Made by a program: the position numbers and the translations under genes. From contig CAZJXP010000001.1 in the NCBI GenBank assembly GCA_964550175.1, positions 248,294 through 312,293 on the forward strand: a DNA stretch of 64,000 nucleotides, given 5' to 3'. The notes beneath the pieces were generated by a model that searched no databases, was not told where the DNA came from, and saw nothing but the letters and a program-made list of their open reading frames with translations. Of the stretch, positions 47,601-54,988 are shown one piece after another; position 1 is the stretch's first letter; each line of letters begins with the position of its first letter. This DNA is from an uncultured Methanosarcinales archaeon. GTDB taxonomy: Archaea; Nanobdellota; Nanobdellia; Woesearchaeales; ARS49.

Positions 47601-47738
47601 ATTGATTCGTCCGAACACATTATAGACTTGGCCGCCATCGGAATCAGAGCAATACGTCACGGTCTGAGCAGAAACCGCGAACGAGGAGAGCACGAAGGCT
47701 ACAATCAACAGAATGATTGTGCCTGTGAAACGACTCAT
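44616..47738 (-). CDS. large cysteine-rich extracellular protein with signal peptide, repeated acidic Cys modules (D-x-D-E-x-G-V-D-C-G-G-x-C-x-x-C) and C-terminal TM anchor
   Basis: 1040 aa. Signal MSRFTGTIILLIVAFVLSSFAVSA. At least five GVDCGG modules and many C-x-x-G-x-W-type Cys pairs. C-terminal WWLLALLAFFIAATFFSLAV plus a basic tail. Confidence 0.7.
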   Translation of the reverse strand: MSRFTGTIILLIVAFVLSSFAVSAQTVTYCSDSDGGQVYNVFGRINYSYASVPGPGDWVQRSDVCISGYSQVSSCTGASCYVSENYCTPTLQQSCSSGGVGPPTCYNYYTYAIGSTNQLCTSQGYAGCTGGACTGALASCTDGTKNGAETDVDCGGTCSDCANGKTCATSADCQSAYCASGVCQSTDVCSNGIQDDDEDGVDCGGDCSTPCSDLTVTAGEKTPGDHSWQPGEDVYNVMLQLKLQVQGKKLIEVKQIGMKYSGDGTATGVEKVIVAIDANSDGVYLPYVDTLVGERAWPDGDNEMYVSIQPAFEMDPTVDDIKYLLVVYKMKQAPVAGQYQLVVNKVLGDIDDESFSKSVAFSVYKTVGAGVALPGDNCYNDVKDFDELGVDCGGAYCPACAGHCANGVQDSDESGVDCGGGCPTCSTPRVHCPNGVQDGDETGVDCGGSDCPVCGCPTVPGCNPNSPPVCDDATETASICISGFLTPVDGLYETQCGVPPEESCMPGTSVCFEGTVTLCSPMGFWSPAIDDAYLWSQYCENDACAGQEDFCTPTGMAYSCSNGEYMYQGPCAASTECNPGEILCDNAEYSFQRCDASGHWATLASANMAVVGVQDGFFDYCAQDVPECNPGATQCEISEEEYAFHYCEEDGRWATTRDPAQVQNNCFQAECLYGETFCDAELLEYRVCNANGEWLTNPASSTPPPAGGYSGAGAGENRPIADDAGNRESESVFASAQLKRNAYLQAATGAIFISDPAAYEENCVADPGQECVPGEQHCEFFEGDSSYWSCNEFGFWSMDETVPGENCGGLAAASGCNEGDSICDDELQQFSVCDGGEYFPIVGGYEQACVEGLPPADDVIVPLPECEGSERQCNFDLEREELCVDEHWAPIEQSDEDYAASCAKLECNPGWFACNPADDRVQFCQNGQWGPEQEDLFDELCEPQGATFGGVSEDGGAFARGSDRVLVGDQVDGRVVVIRSIPAFPVRQPPAPDNAVVSALKELPWWLLALLAFFIAATFFSLAVHWRHLAHDKAEKKRKS

Positions 47739-48004
47739 TTACCCTCTTTTATGCCATTCATAAATCAGTCTTATAAGAACGTTTGTTGTCATTCTCAAGA
47801 AAGAGCTACAACGAATGAAAGGCTTAACTCAGAAATGAAAAAAAAGAAACGCAGGGAGAGGAGGCCCTACGCTCTTTTGAGGAGAGTGACTCGCCTTTAG
47901 GAGGCGGTCAGAGGAGGACACGACGGAGGAGATGCGCACCGAGTATCGGCGGCAAGCAGCGGAGGCTGCTCGTGTCGGTAAATGAAAAGGCGCTTGCGCG
48001 CCCT

Positions 48005-48166
48005 GGATTAGTGTTTCACCTCCTGGTTTGATAATCGTGAATCGAACAGGTCGTCCTGGACGGAATCGTACGGATCCTTGTTGAAAATCTCGTCCCATTC
48101 AGGGTCGTGCGCCGGGCGCACGAACGCCTTGGGAAACGCGTTTGTTTTGTGTGTCACCTTTTTCAT
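48005..48166 (-). CDS. possible small acidic protein (53 aa, MKKVTHKTNAFPKAFVRPAHDPEWDEIF...)
   Basis: Uninterrupted ATG...TAA reading frame found by hand. Below the ORF-track length cut-off. Confidence 0.25.
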
Positions 48167-48264
48167 GAGATTCTTTGAGCTGACCCTTTTAATATGGGTT
48201 ATGCAGACCGAATCTCGAGCGCGAGTCCGTAAAGCTTATAAGCAAATTCACCGGAGGATGACAC

Positions 48265-48945
48265 ATGGCAGTGACCCTTGTCTATAGCCCGCTGTGGTTC
48301 CACGGCATCGATATCGTTCTCGAAGTGTTCAGCATCCTTGCGGCGATTCTCATCACCATCGTCGGATACCGGGCATACAAGCTGACCAAAGAGAAGCGAT
48401 TCTTCTACTTCGCGATGGCGTTCGGGTTCATCACGCTGTCGTTTTTGGCCCGCGCGATAACGGCAATCACCGTGATTTCGCAGATCAACGTCGCGACAAG
48501 CGTGGTTGCGCCCACACTCTCATATAACTTCATCGAACAGGTGTTCGATTTCGGACGATTCGTGTACTTCTTGCTTGTACTGGGAGCCTACCTTATCCTG
48601 TTCGCACTCAGCATGCGCATCTACGACAAAAAATTATTGACTCTCTTAGGGGTATTCATGGTGCTGTTCGCGGTGAGCGCGTTCGACGCGATGCCCATCA
48701 TCTTCTACCTGGTCTCGTTTTTGCTGCTGGTGTTCATCGCGTGGAATTATCGCGAGAACTACCTCGAAAAGAAATCGAAAGCCAAACTATTGACTTCGTT
48801 AGCGTTCGGCATCATGGTGTTCGAGCCGCTGTTCTTCATGGCCGGATTCTACAACCAGCCGATGGTGGTCGGGGCGTACGCCGTGCGACTTATTGCGTAC
48901 TTGACGTTATTGGTCATGCTCATCAAGGTATATACAAAGAAGTGA
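48265..48945 (+). CDS. hypothetical polytopic membrane protein
   Basis: 226 aa with 6-7 TM. A TATA-like aagcttataag and GGAGG lie upstream. Confidence 0.6.
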   Translation: MAVTLVYSPLWFHGIDIVLEVFSILAAILITIVGYRAYKLTKEKRFFYFAMAFGFITLSFLARAITAITVISQINVATSVVAPTLSYNFIEQVFDFGRFVYFLLVLGAYLILFALSMRIYDKKLLTLLGVFMVLFAVSAFDAMPIIFYLVSFLLLVFIAWNYRENYLEKKSKAKLLTSLAFGIMVFEPLFFMAGFYNQPMVVGAYAVRLIAYLTLLVMLIKVYTKK

Positions 48946-48948
48946 ACA

Positions 48949-49224
48949 ATGGCAGAACGTCGCAGCCAGCTGGAGATTGTGTCCGACATACTGAAAGCCA
49001 TCCAGGACAAGGGCGGACGCATCAAGCCGACGCATCTGCTGTACAAATCAAATCTTTCTCACAAACGCATGAAGGGCTACGTTGAAGATTTGCAGAACAA
49101 AGGGTTCCTCGCGACAGAACAGAACAAGGACGACCACTCCATGTACCTGATCACCGATAAAGGATTGAAGTTCTTGGAAGAGTACCGCAAGGTCAAAGAG
49201 TTTACGGACGCGTTTGGGCTTTAA
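48949..49224 (+). CDS. small winged-helix DNA-binding protein
   Basis: 91 aa with YLITDKGLKFLEEY wing, similar in pattern to ORF 4201. Confidence 0.5.
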   Translation: MAERRSQLEIVSDILKAIQDKGGRIKPTHLLYKSNLSHKRMKGYVEDLQNKGFLATEQNKDDHSMYLITDKGLKFLEEYRKVKEFTDAFGL

Positions 49225-50071
49225 TTTCACTTAATGTTCTTTTCTCCCAAGCAAACACGCGCAACGGGCACGCCGAAAGGAAATCCGGACCAGGCTCGCC
49301 TTCACCACCCACTTCCGCATACGATTGTTGCAGCGAGGCGCGTGCCTCACTTAGACTTCTTGGACGATATTGTCGCACCGTCTCATTGCCCACGAGCGCG
49401 CTAAACTCCTCATACAGCGCATAGTATTTTTTCTTCTCGGCCGCAATACGCGGATGTTTCAAATAAAACGCGATGCCCCTATTATGCAAGGTGCCATGCA
49501 CTCCAAGTAGGCTTTTTTCGCCACAAACGTTCACCACATCACGAATGCCTTCCGCAATTTTGATATTGCGATAATCGGTTGACGTATGCGCAAGCACATT
49601 TGTCCAAGGCAACCATTTTCTGCGAGCGAGACTGAATCCGTACTGAGTCACATCCAGATATCCGTACAGCCCTGAGGCCAGGCACGCTCCGGCAAGAATG
49701 CCAAACTCAGGCAAGCCCATCGCGAACAAAGCGGGCTGCGCAAACGCACTCACAATAACCGTTTTTCTGCAAAAATCGATTTGCCTCTTCAGAAAAGTCG
49801 TTTCAAGAAAAGGCGCGGCATCAGCGCAATACACTTTTTTCCCTTCGGCATGCGCGAGATCAGCAAACTGACCGAAAAAACCCGGGTCCCAGCGAAAATC
49901 TCCGGCAAGAATCACGGCATTCTCCAGCACGACCGCATCATGCGTTTGCACGGAGTCACGAAAGAATTCATGATGCTTCTGAAAAACAGACCTGGTATGA
50001 CGCACACCGAGCAACGTAACCGTCGAGTCGCCGACCGAAACGTTCACAATATCATCCAACCCGTTCATCAA
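49202..50071 (-). CDS. hypothetical protein, possibly TraB/GumN family
   Basis: LLGVRHTRS...HDAVVLENA resembles the TraB GTAHVS...PDxVxVEL pattern. Weak. Confidence 0.4.
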   Translation of the reverse strand: MMNGLDDIVNVSVGDSTVTLLGVRHTRSVFQKHHEFFRDSVQTHDAVVLENAVILAGDFRWDPGFFGQFADLAHAEGKKVYCADAAPFLETTFLKRQIDFCRKTVIVSAFAQPALFAMGLPEFGILAGACLASGLYGYLDVTQYGFSLARRKWLPWTNVLAHTSTDYRNIKIAEGIRDVVNVCGEKSLLGVHGTLHNRGIAFYLKHPRIAAEKKKYYALYEEFSALVGNETVRQYRPRSLSEARASLQQSYAEVGGEGEPGPDFLSACPLRVFAWEKRTLSEIKAQTRP

Positions 50072-50140
50072 TTCACGCCCAAACCCCTCGCTTAAAAAAG
50101 TTCCGCTACCTTTATAAACGTCCCGTCGTCAATTCTCACC

Positions 50141-50845
50141 ATGGAAAAGCTGTTTATCCACGCGCGTTCGGACGAGGACGTCACGTTAACTCCTGTAGCT
50201 GTTAAAGCGCTCAAAGGAAAGAAGGTCGGCATCGTGACGAGCATCCAATTGCTGCACGGCATCAAAGTCATCCAAGACCAACTTCCTGGCGCGATTGTTG
50301 CCGGACAAGTCCTGGGTTGCAACTCCTACAACGCGGAGAATATCGCGGCTTCTGTTGATTGTTTCCTCTTTGTCGGTTCGGGCGAGTTCCACCCGATCCA
50401 AGTCGCGATGCGAACGAAGAAGCCAGTGTATATTTTCAACCCCGCGACCAAAGAGTTCGGCACGCTCAAGCAGGAAACCATCGAGTCGTACGAAAAAAGA
50501 AAACAAGGAAGCATTCTGAAATTCTTATCTTCAGATAGAATCGGCGTGATTGTATCAACCAAAGCCGGCCAGAAGAACTTCAAGCGCGCGATGGAACTTG
50601 AAAAACGCACGGATAAACAGTATTTCGTTTTTGTTTCCGATACCTTGAACTTCAACGAGTTCGAGAACTTCCCTTTCATCCAGTGCTGGGTCAACACGGC
50701 TTGCCCTCGCATTGCGGATGAAAAACTCGGCATCGTCAACATCAACGAACTGATGGAAGCGAAAGCAATCACGTTCCCGAAAATCGAAGGCGGCTACGAG
50801 ATTCCTATCTGGATGTCGAAGAAAGGAATGAAGAAATCTGATTAG
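50141..50845 (+). CDS. dph2: diphthamide synthase Dph2-like, N-terminally short (two of three domains)
   Basis: GQVLGCNSYNA, FVGSGEFHP and WVNTACPRI align with archaeal Dph2 residues about 105-335. The domain carrying the first Fe-S Cys is absent. Confidence 0.7.
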   Translation: MEKLFIHARSDEDVTLTPVAVKALKGKKVGIVTSIQLLHGIKVIQDQLPGAIVAGQVLGCNSYNAENIAASVDCFLFVGSGEFHPIQVAMRTKKPVYIFNPATKEFGTLKQETIESYEKRKQGSILKFLSSDRIGVIVSTKAGQKNFKRAMELEKRTDKQYFVFVSDTLNFNEFENFPFIQCWVNTACPRIADEKLGIVNINELMEAKAITFPKIEGGYEIPIWMSKKGMKKSD

Positions 50846-51414
50846 ATAACGTTCGTCGTCATCTTTACGCCCGGAAACAAGTTGTGCTCCTTCGCGAACC
50901 CGGCTTCGACTTCCACGACGTACATCGCGGCCTTGTTCGTCGGATATGTCGCGCAAGGGCTCTTGTCGCACGGCGGCGTGTTTTCCTTGATCTCGTTCAC
51001 GGTGAACGTTTCGTCCAAGAAGATGATGTCCAACGGTATGAGCATGTCTTTCATCCAGAACGTGCGAGGAATGGATTCTTCAAAAACGAACAGCATCCCC
51101 TCGCCGGGTGCGAGCGTCTTGCCCATCAATCCAGCAGATCGTTCATCCGCGTCATCAGCGACCGCAACAAGAACGTTCACGTAGCCCTCGCCGTTGAAGA
51201 ACGTCACCTTCGGGTGCGGAGCGCAGGAGGCCAACAAAAGTAACGCGAATAGTACGAACGCTGTCCTTACACCACTTTTTACCGGCGAATTTTGAGTTGT
51301 CGTAGTAATCGTGTTACTCAAACGTCCAATCGGGGCGGTACAATCCGAATCCAGTGGGTTCGGATGTACAAGAGGACTTCGAGTCCTCTTTGTAAAAAGT
51401 TTACTCACGTCCAC
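50842..51414 (-). CDS. DUF192 (COG1430) family protein with lipobox (LLASCAP); 5' portion coincides with an interspersed repeat, true start uncertain
   Basis: The mature part (GEGYVNVLVAVADDADERSAGLMG...) is DUF192-like. The first 45 codons are encoded by repeat copy 51273-51404 and overlap the sppA 3' end. Confidence 0.55.
   Translation of the reverse strand: MDVSKLFTKRTRSPLVHPNPLDSDCTAPIGRLSNTITTTTQNSPVKSGVRTAFVLFALLLLASCAPHPKVTFFNGEGYVNVLVAVADDADERSAGLMGKTLAPGEGMLFVFEESIPRTFWMKDMLIPLDIIFLDETFTVNEIKENTPPCDKSPCATYPTNKAAMYVVEVEAGFAKEHNLFPGVKMTTNVI
51273..51404. repeat. interspersed repeat copy (inverted CACTTTTTACCGGCG ... GGGGCGGTACAA) followed by hairpin AAGAGGACttcgaGTCCTCTT
   Basis: Motifs and an 8-bp perfect stem seen directly. 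Confidence 0.5.
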
Positions 51415-52343
51415 ACCTGCGGCTTATCTAACTTCGTGAATTGTTGCCCGATGCCACTCCCGATCGAAAACCCGAAATCGTTGGTTACGCCGAAAAGTTC
51501 ATCCATGAACGTCAACGGCGTGCTGAACTCGACGATTTCTGCAGTGATGTTCAACGATTCCTCGAGCGAGGCAATCGCGTCCTCTTCCGTGCCTATCTTG
51601 TCAATCAACCCGAGCTCTAATGCTTCGGAGCCAAGATAGACCCAGCCGGTCGCGATTTTACGGACTTTGTCTTCGGGCAAGCCGCGATTCTCGGCAACGG
51701 CCTTAATGAAGACATCATGAATCTTATCCAACTGCCCCTGGAACAAATCTTCCTCCTTCCGAGTCAAATGCTTGAACGGGCTGCCAGTCTCCTTGAATTC
51801 CCCTGCGGTTAACGATTGGTAGGTCGCGTTGTAGCGCTCCAACGTTCCCGCGAACTCGAGGTAGCTCGCCAACACCCCGATGCTGCCGACCATGCTCAGC
51901 CGGCTCGCGAATATTTTGTCCGTCGCGGAAGCCGCCCAGTACGCGCCTGACGCCCCCATTTCCCTAATCACTGCGACGGATGGCTTAATCATGCCGTTTA
52001 TTTCCGACGCGATCTCTTCCGTCGCGACTGGAGTTCCGCCGGGCGAATTAATCCTGAAAATGACTGCCTTGATGTGGTCATCCTCCTCGGCCTCATGAAT
52101 CCACTGCACGACATCCCCGCTTGCGACGCCGGTTTCGCCGAACGCGGCAGATCCCGTAGTTATCACGCCGTCGATCGGAATGATCGCTATGTTGCCTTCG
52201 TTGAAGGTTGTCGGGGCGCTAAATGACGCGATGATGATGAAGAACAGAAACAAAAAGAACAGCACCGACAGAATGCCCGAGATGATTCCTATGACTGCGA
52301 GGATTGTTTTCAGGACAGAACGCTCTTCCACCGCTTTTTTCAT
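51405..52343 (-). CDS. sppA: signal peptide peptidase SppA (peptidase S49)
   Basis: N-terminal TM, and GSIGVLASY / GASGAYWAAS with catalytic Ser/Lys regions typical of S49. Confidence 0.85.
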   Translation of the reverse strand: MKKAVEERSVLKTILAVIGIISGILSVLFFLFLFFIIIASFSAPTTFNEGNIAIIPIDGVITTGSAAFGETGVASGDVVQWIHEAEEDDHIKAVIFRINSPGGTPVATEEIASEINGMIKPSVAVIREMGASGAYWAASATDKIFASRLSMVGSIGVLASYLEFAGTLERYNATYQSLTAGEFKETGSPFKHLTRKEEDLFQGQLDKIHDVFIKAVAENRGLPEDKVRKIATGWVYLGSEALELGLIDKIGTEEDAIASLEESLNITAEIVEFSTPLTFMDELFGVTNDFGFSIGSGIGQQFTKLDKPQVWT

Positions 52344-52364
52344 GCGCTCATTAAACGTTTGAAC

Positions 52365-52400
52365 CTATATAAACATAACGCTGAAGGTAGCTTTATAAAA
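52365..52400. promoter_or_regulatory. divergent promoter: TATA-like boxes cctatataaac (for sppA) and ctttataaaa (for the ATPase)
   Basis: Each box lies about 23-30 nt from the respective start codon. Confidence 0.4.
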
Positions 52401-52422
52401 CAGTTCGGCTCTCTCTTTCCCA

Positions 52423-54957
52423 ATGTCGTTCCACGACAAGACCGCGAAAGAGGGACTGAACGAGCTCGCCACATCGGAGAACGGGCTCACGAGCTACGAA
52501 GCCGACCGTAGATTGCGGCTCTACGGCAAAAACATCCTCGAAACGCAAAACAACTTCCAGTTTCTCGCACTGGTCGGGCGCCAATTCACCAGCCCGATCG
52601 TCTGGGTGCTGCTCGCGGCGATGGGCGTCTCGATCCTCGTGGGCGAAATCATCGATTTCTGGGTCATCGGAGCGATCGTCATCCTCAACAGCGTGCTCGG
52701 GGTCGTGCAGGAATACCGCGCCGAAAAAGCGATCCAGGCGCTGCGGCAGATGACGGCGCTCAAGGCAATCGTCCTGCGCGACGGACGGAAGCTTTCCATT
52801 CATGCCAGCGAGCTCGTGCCGGGCGACATCATCTTCCTCGAAACCGGAGACAAAGTCCCGGCGGACGCGCGACTCTTAGACATCGTAAACTTCCAAATCC
52901 AAGAAGCGGCGTTGACGGGCGAAAGCACCCCGGTGATAAAAAAGACGGACATCGTCAAGTCAGGAACAATACTCGCGGACAGGTTGAACCTGGCGTTCTC
53001 AAGCACCATCGTAACGGCCGGGCGTGCGAAAGCCGTCGTGATAGCCACGGGACACAAAACCGAAATCGGCAAGATCGCGACGCTCATCCAACAGTCGGAA
53101 ACCGAAACCACTCCCCTACAGCACCAAATCGCAAAGCTCAGCAGCTGGATAACGCTCATCGTCATCGCGATCGCGGCCATCGTGTTTCTCACGGGAGCGC
53201 TGCAAGGCCAGCCGTTGGCCGCGTTGTTGCTCGCAGCAATAGCATTGGCGGTCGCGGCAATCCCCGAAGGGCTGCCCGCTGTTGTGACGGTTTCGCTCTC
53301 CTTGGGCGTGCAACGCATGGCGGCGCGCAACGCCCTCATCCGAAAATTGCCGAGCGCGGAAACGCTCGGCTCGTGCACGGTCATTTGCTCCGACAAAACG
53401 GGCACCCTGACCCACAACGAGATGACCGTCCGAAAGCTGTTCGTCGACGACACCATTGTTGACGTAACGGGCAGCGGGCACTCCACCCAAGGAACGTTCT
53501 CTTCGAGCCCTCCTGATATGTCGCTCCTGCTCACGATCGGACTGCTGAACAACAACAGCACCCTGACCGAAAAAGCGTTCGGGGACCCAACCGAAATCGC
53601 GCTCATCGTCTCCGCGAGGAAATCCGGATTGTTCGATGAAAAGCTCAAATCATCCTTGCCGCGCGTTGGCGAGCTGGAATTCACCAGCGAACGCAAGCGC
53701 ATGACGACGTTCCACCGCAAAGGCACAAAGACGTTGGCATTCGTGAAAGGGGCGCCCGACGTCATCCTCGAACGCTGCACGACAATGCTGCTCAACGGAA
53801 AGGCCGTTCCGCTCAATCCTGCACGCAAAAAGAAAATTCTCGAAACGACGCACGCGTTCGGGAAGCAAGCGCTCCGAGTGTTGGGATTCGCGATGCGCGA
53901 GACGACCGAGCATTCGGAAGACAAGCTCACGTTCGTCGGCCTGCAGGCGATGATCGACCCGCCGCGAGATGAGGCGAAAGAAGCGATTGCGCAATGCCAT
54001 TCCGCGGGCATCAAAGTCGTGATGATCACCGGCGACCACCTAACAACGGCGGAAACGATAGCCCGTGAGCTGGGCATCGTCGGACGGGCAATCACGGGCG
54101 AATCGCTCGACAAGCTCGACCTTGACGCGCACGTCAATGACATCGGAGTCTACGCCCGCGTGAATCCCGAGCATAAGCTCAGAATCGTGAAAGCATTGCA
54201 AAAGCACGGCCACGTCGTCGCGATGACCGGCGACGGAGTTAACGACGCCCCCGCGCTGAAGAAAGCCGACATCGGCATCGCGATGGGCTCCGGAACGGAC
54301 GTCTCAAAAGAAGCGAGCGTGATGGTGTTGGCCGACGACAATTTCGCCTCCATCGTGTTCGCCATCAAAGAAGGGCGCAGAATCTATGACAATCTCAAAC
54401 GGTTCGTGACCTATCTCTCCTGCAACATGGGGGCCGTGCTCACCATCTTCGCCGCGCTCGTGCTCAACCTGCCGCTCCCCGTATTGGCGCTCCAATTATT
54501 GTGGATGAACCTCATCACGGACGGATTACCTGCGTTGGCATTGGGCGTCGACCCGCTCGACAAAAACGCGATGAACAAACCGCCGCGCAACAACAAAAAG
54601 CCTTTGATCACGTTCAACGGTGGCGTGCGCATTCTTGCGCTGGCCATCACGATGGCCACAGGCTCATTGCTTCTGTTTTCGCAATACCCTCTCGACAAAG
54701 GACGCACGGTCGTATTCTCCGTGCTCGTGCTGTTCCAGCTCTTCAACGTGTTCAACCAGCGCGACTCGTTCAAAGGAATCTGGATCTGGCTTGCGCTGTT
54801 GTCTTCCTTAGCGCTGCAAATCATCGCCGTGCATCTGCTTCCGACCATCTTCAAGACCGTTCCGCTGAACCTGGTTGACTGGCTCTTGGTTATCGGAGTC
54901 GCCGCAACCATTCTCGTTGTCGGGCACATTCTGCGCCCACTAAAGAATGGTGACTGA
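52423..54957 (+). CDS. P-type ATPase, type IIA Ca2+-transporting
   Basis: DKTGTLT phosphorylation site, TGDGVNDAPALKKADIGIAMG hinge, and 10 TM layout. Confidence 0.9.
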   Translation: MSFHDKTAKEGLNELATSENGLTSYEADRRLRLYGKNILETQNNFQFLALVGRQFTSPIVWVLLAAMGVSILVGEIIDFWVIGAIVILNSVLGVVQEYRAEKAIQALRQMTALKAIVLRDGRKLSIHASELVPGDIIFLETGDKVPADARLLDIVNFQIQEAALTGESTPVIKKTDIVKSGTILADRLNLAFSSTIVTAGRAKAVVIATGHKTEIGKIATLIQQSETETTPLQHQIAKLSSWITLIVIAIAAIVFLTGALQGQPLAALLLAAIALAVAAIPEGLPAVVTVSLSLGVQRMAARNALIRKLPSAETLGSCTVICSDKTGTLTHNEMTVRKLFVDDTIVDVTGSGHSTQGTFSSSPPDMSLLLTIGLLNNNSTLTEKAFGDPTEIALIVSARKSGLFDEKLKSSLPRVGELEFTSERKRMTTFHRKGTKTLAFVKGAPDVILERCTTMLLNGKAVPLNPARKKKILETTHAFGKQALRVLGFAMRETTEHSEDKLTFVGLQAMIDPPRDEAKEAIAQCHSAGIKVVMITGDHLTTAETIARELGIVGRAITGESLDKLDLDAHVNDIGVYARVNPEHKLRIVKALQKHGHVVAMTGDGVNDAPALKKADIGIAMGSGTDVSKEASVMVLADDNFASIVFAIKEGRRIYDNLKRFVTYLSCNMGAVLTIFAALVLNLPLPVLALQLLWMNLITDGLPALALGVDPLDKNAMNKPPRNNKKPLITFNGGVRILALAITMATGSLLLFSQYPLDKGRTVVFSVLVLFQLFNVFNQRDSFKGIWIWLALLSSLALQIIAVHLLPTIFKTVPLNLVDWLLVIGVAATILVVGHILRPLKNGD

Positions 54958-54988
54958 TGTTTTTATAGCGTCCTTCTTCTAACCCGTC

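Noticed and set aside
51330-51400. tRNA-like T-arm (GGGTTCGGAT)
   Set aside because: No acceptor stem or anticodon arm can be built. The segment belongs to the interspersed repeat.
52800-54929. Minus-strand ORFs 52800..54143 and 54411..54929
   Set aside because: They are antisense to the P-type ATPase, with Ser/Ala-rich nonsense translation.
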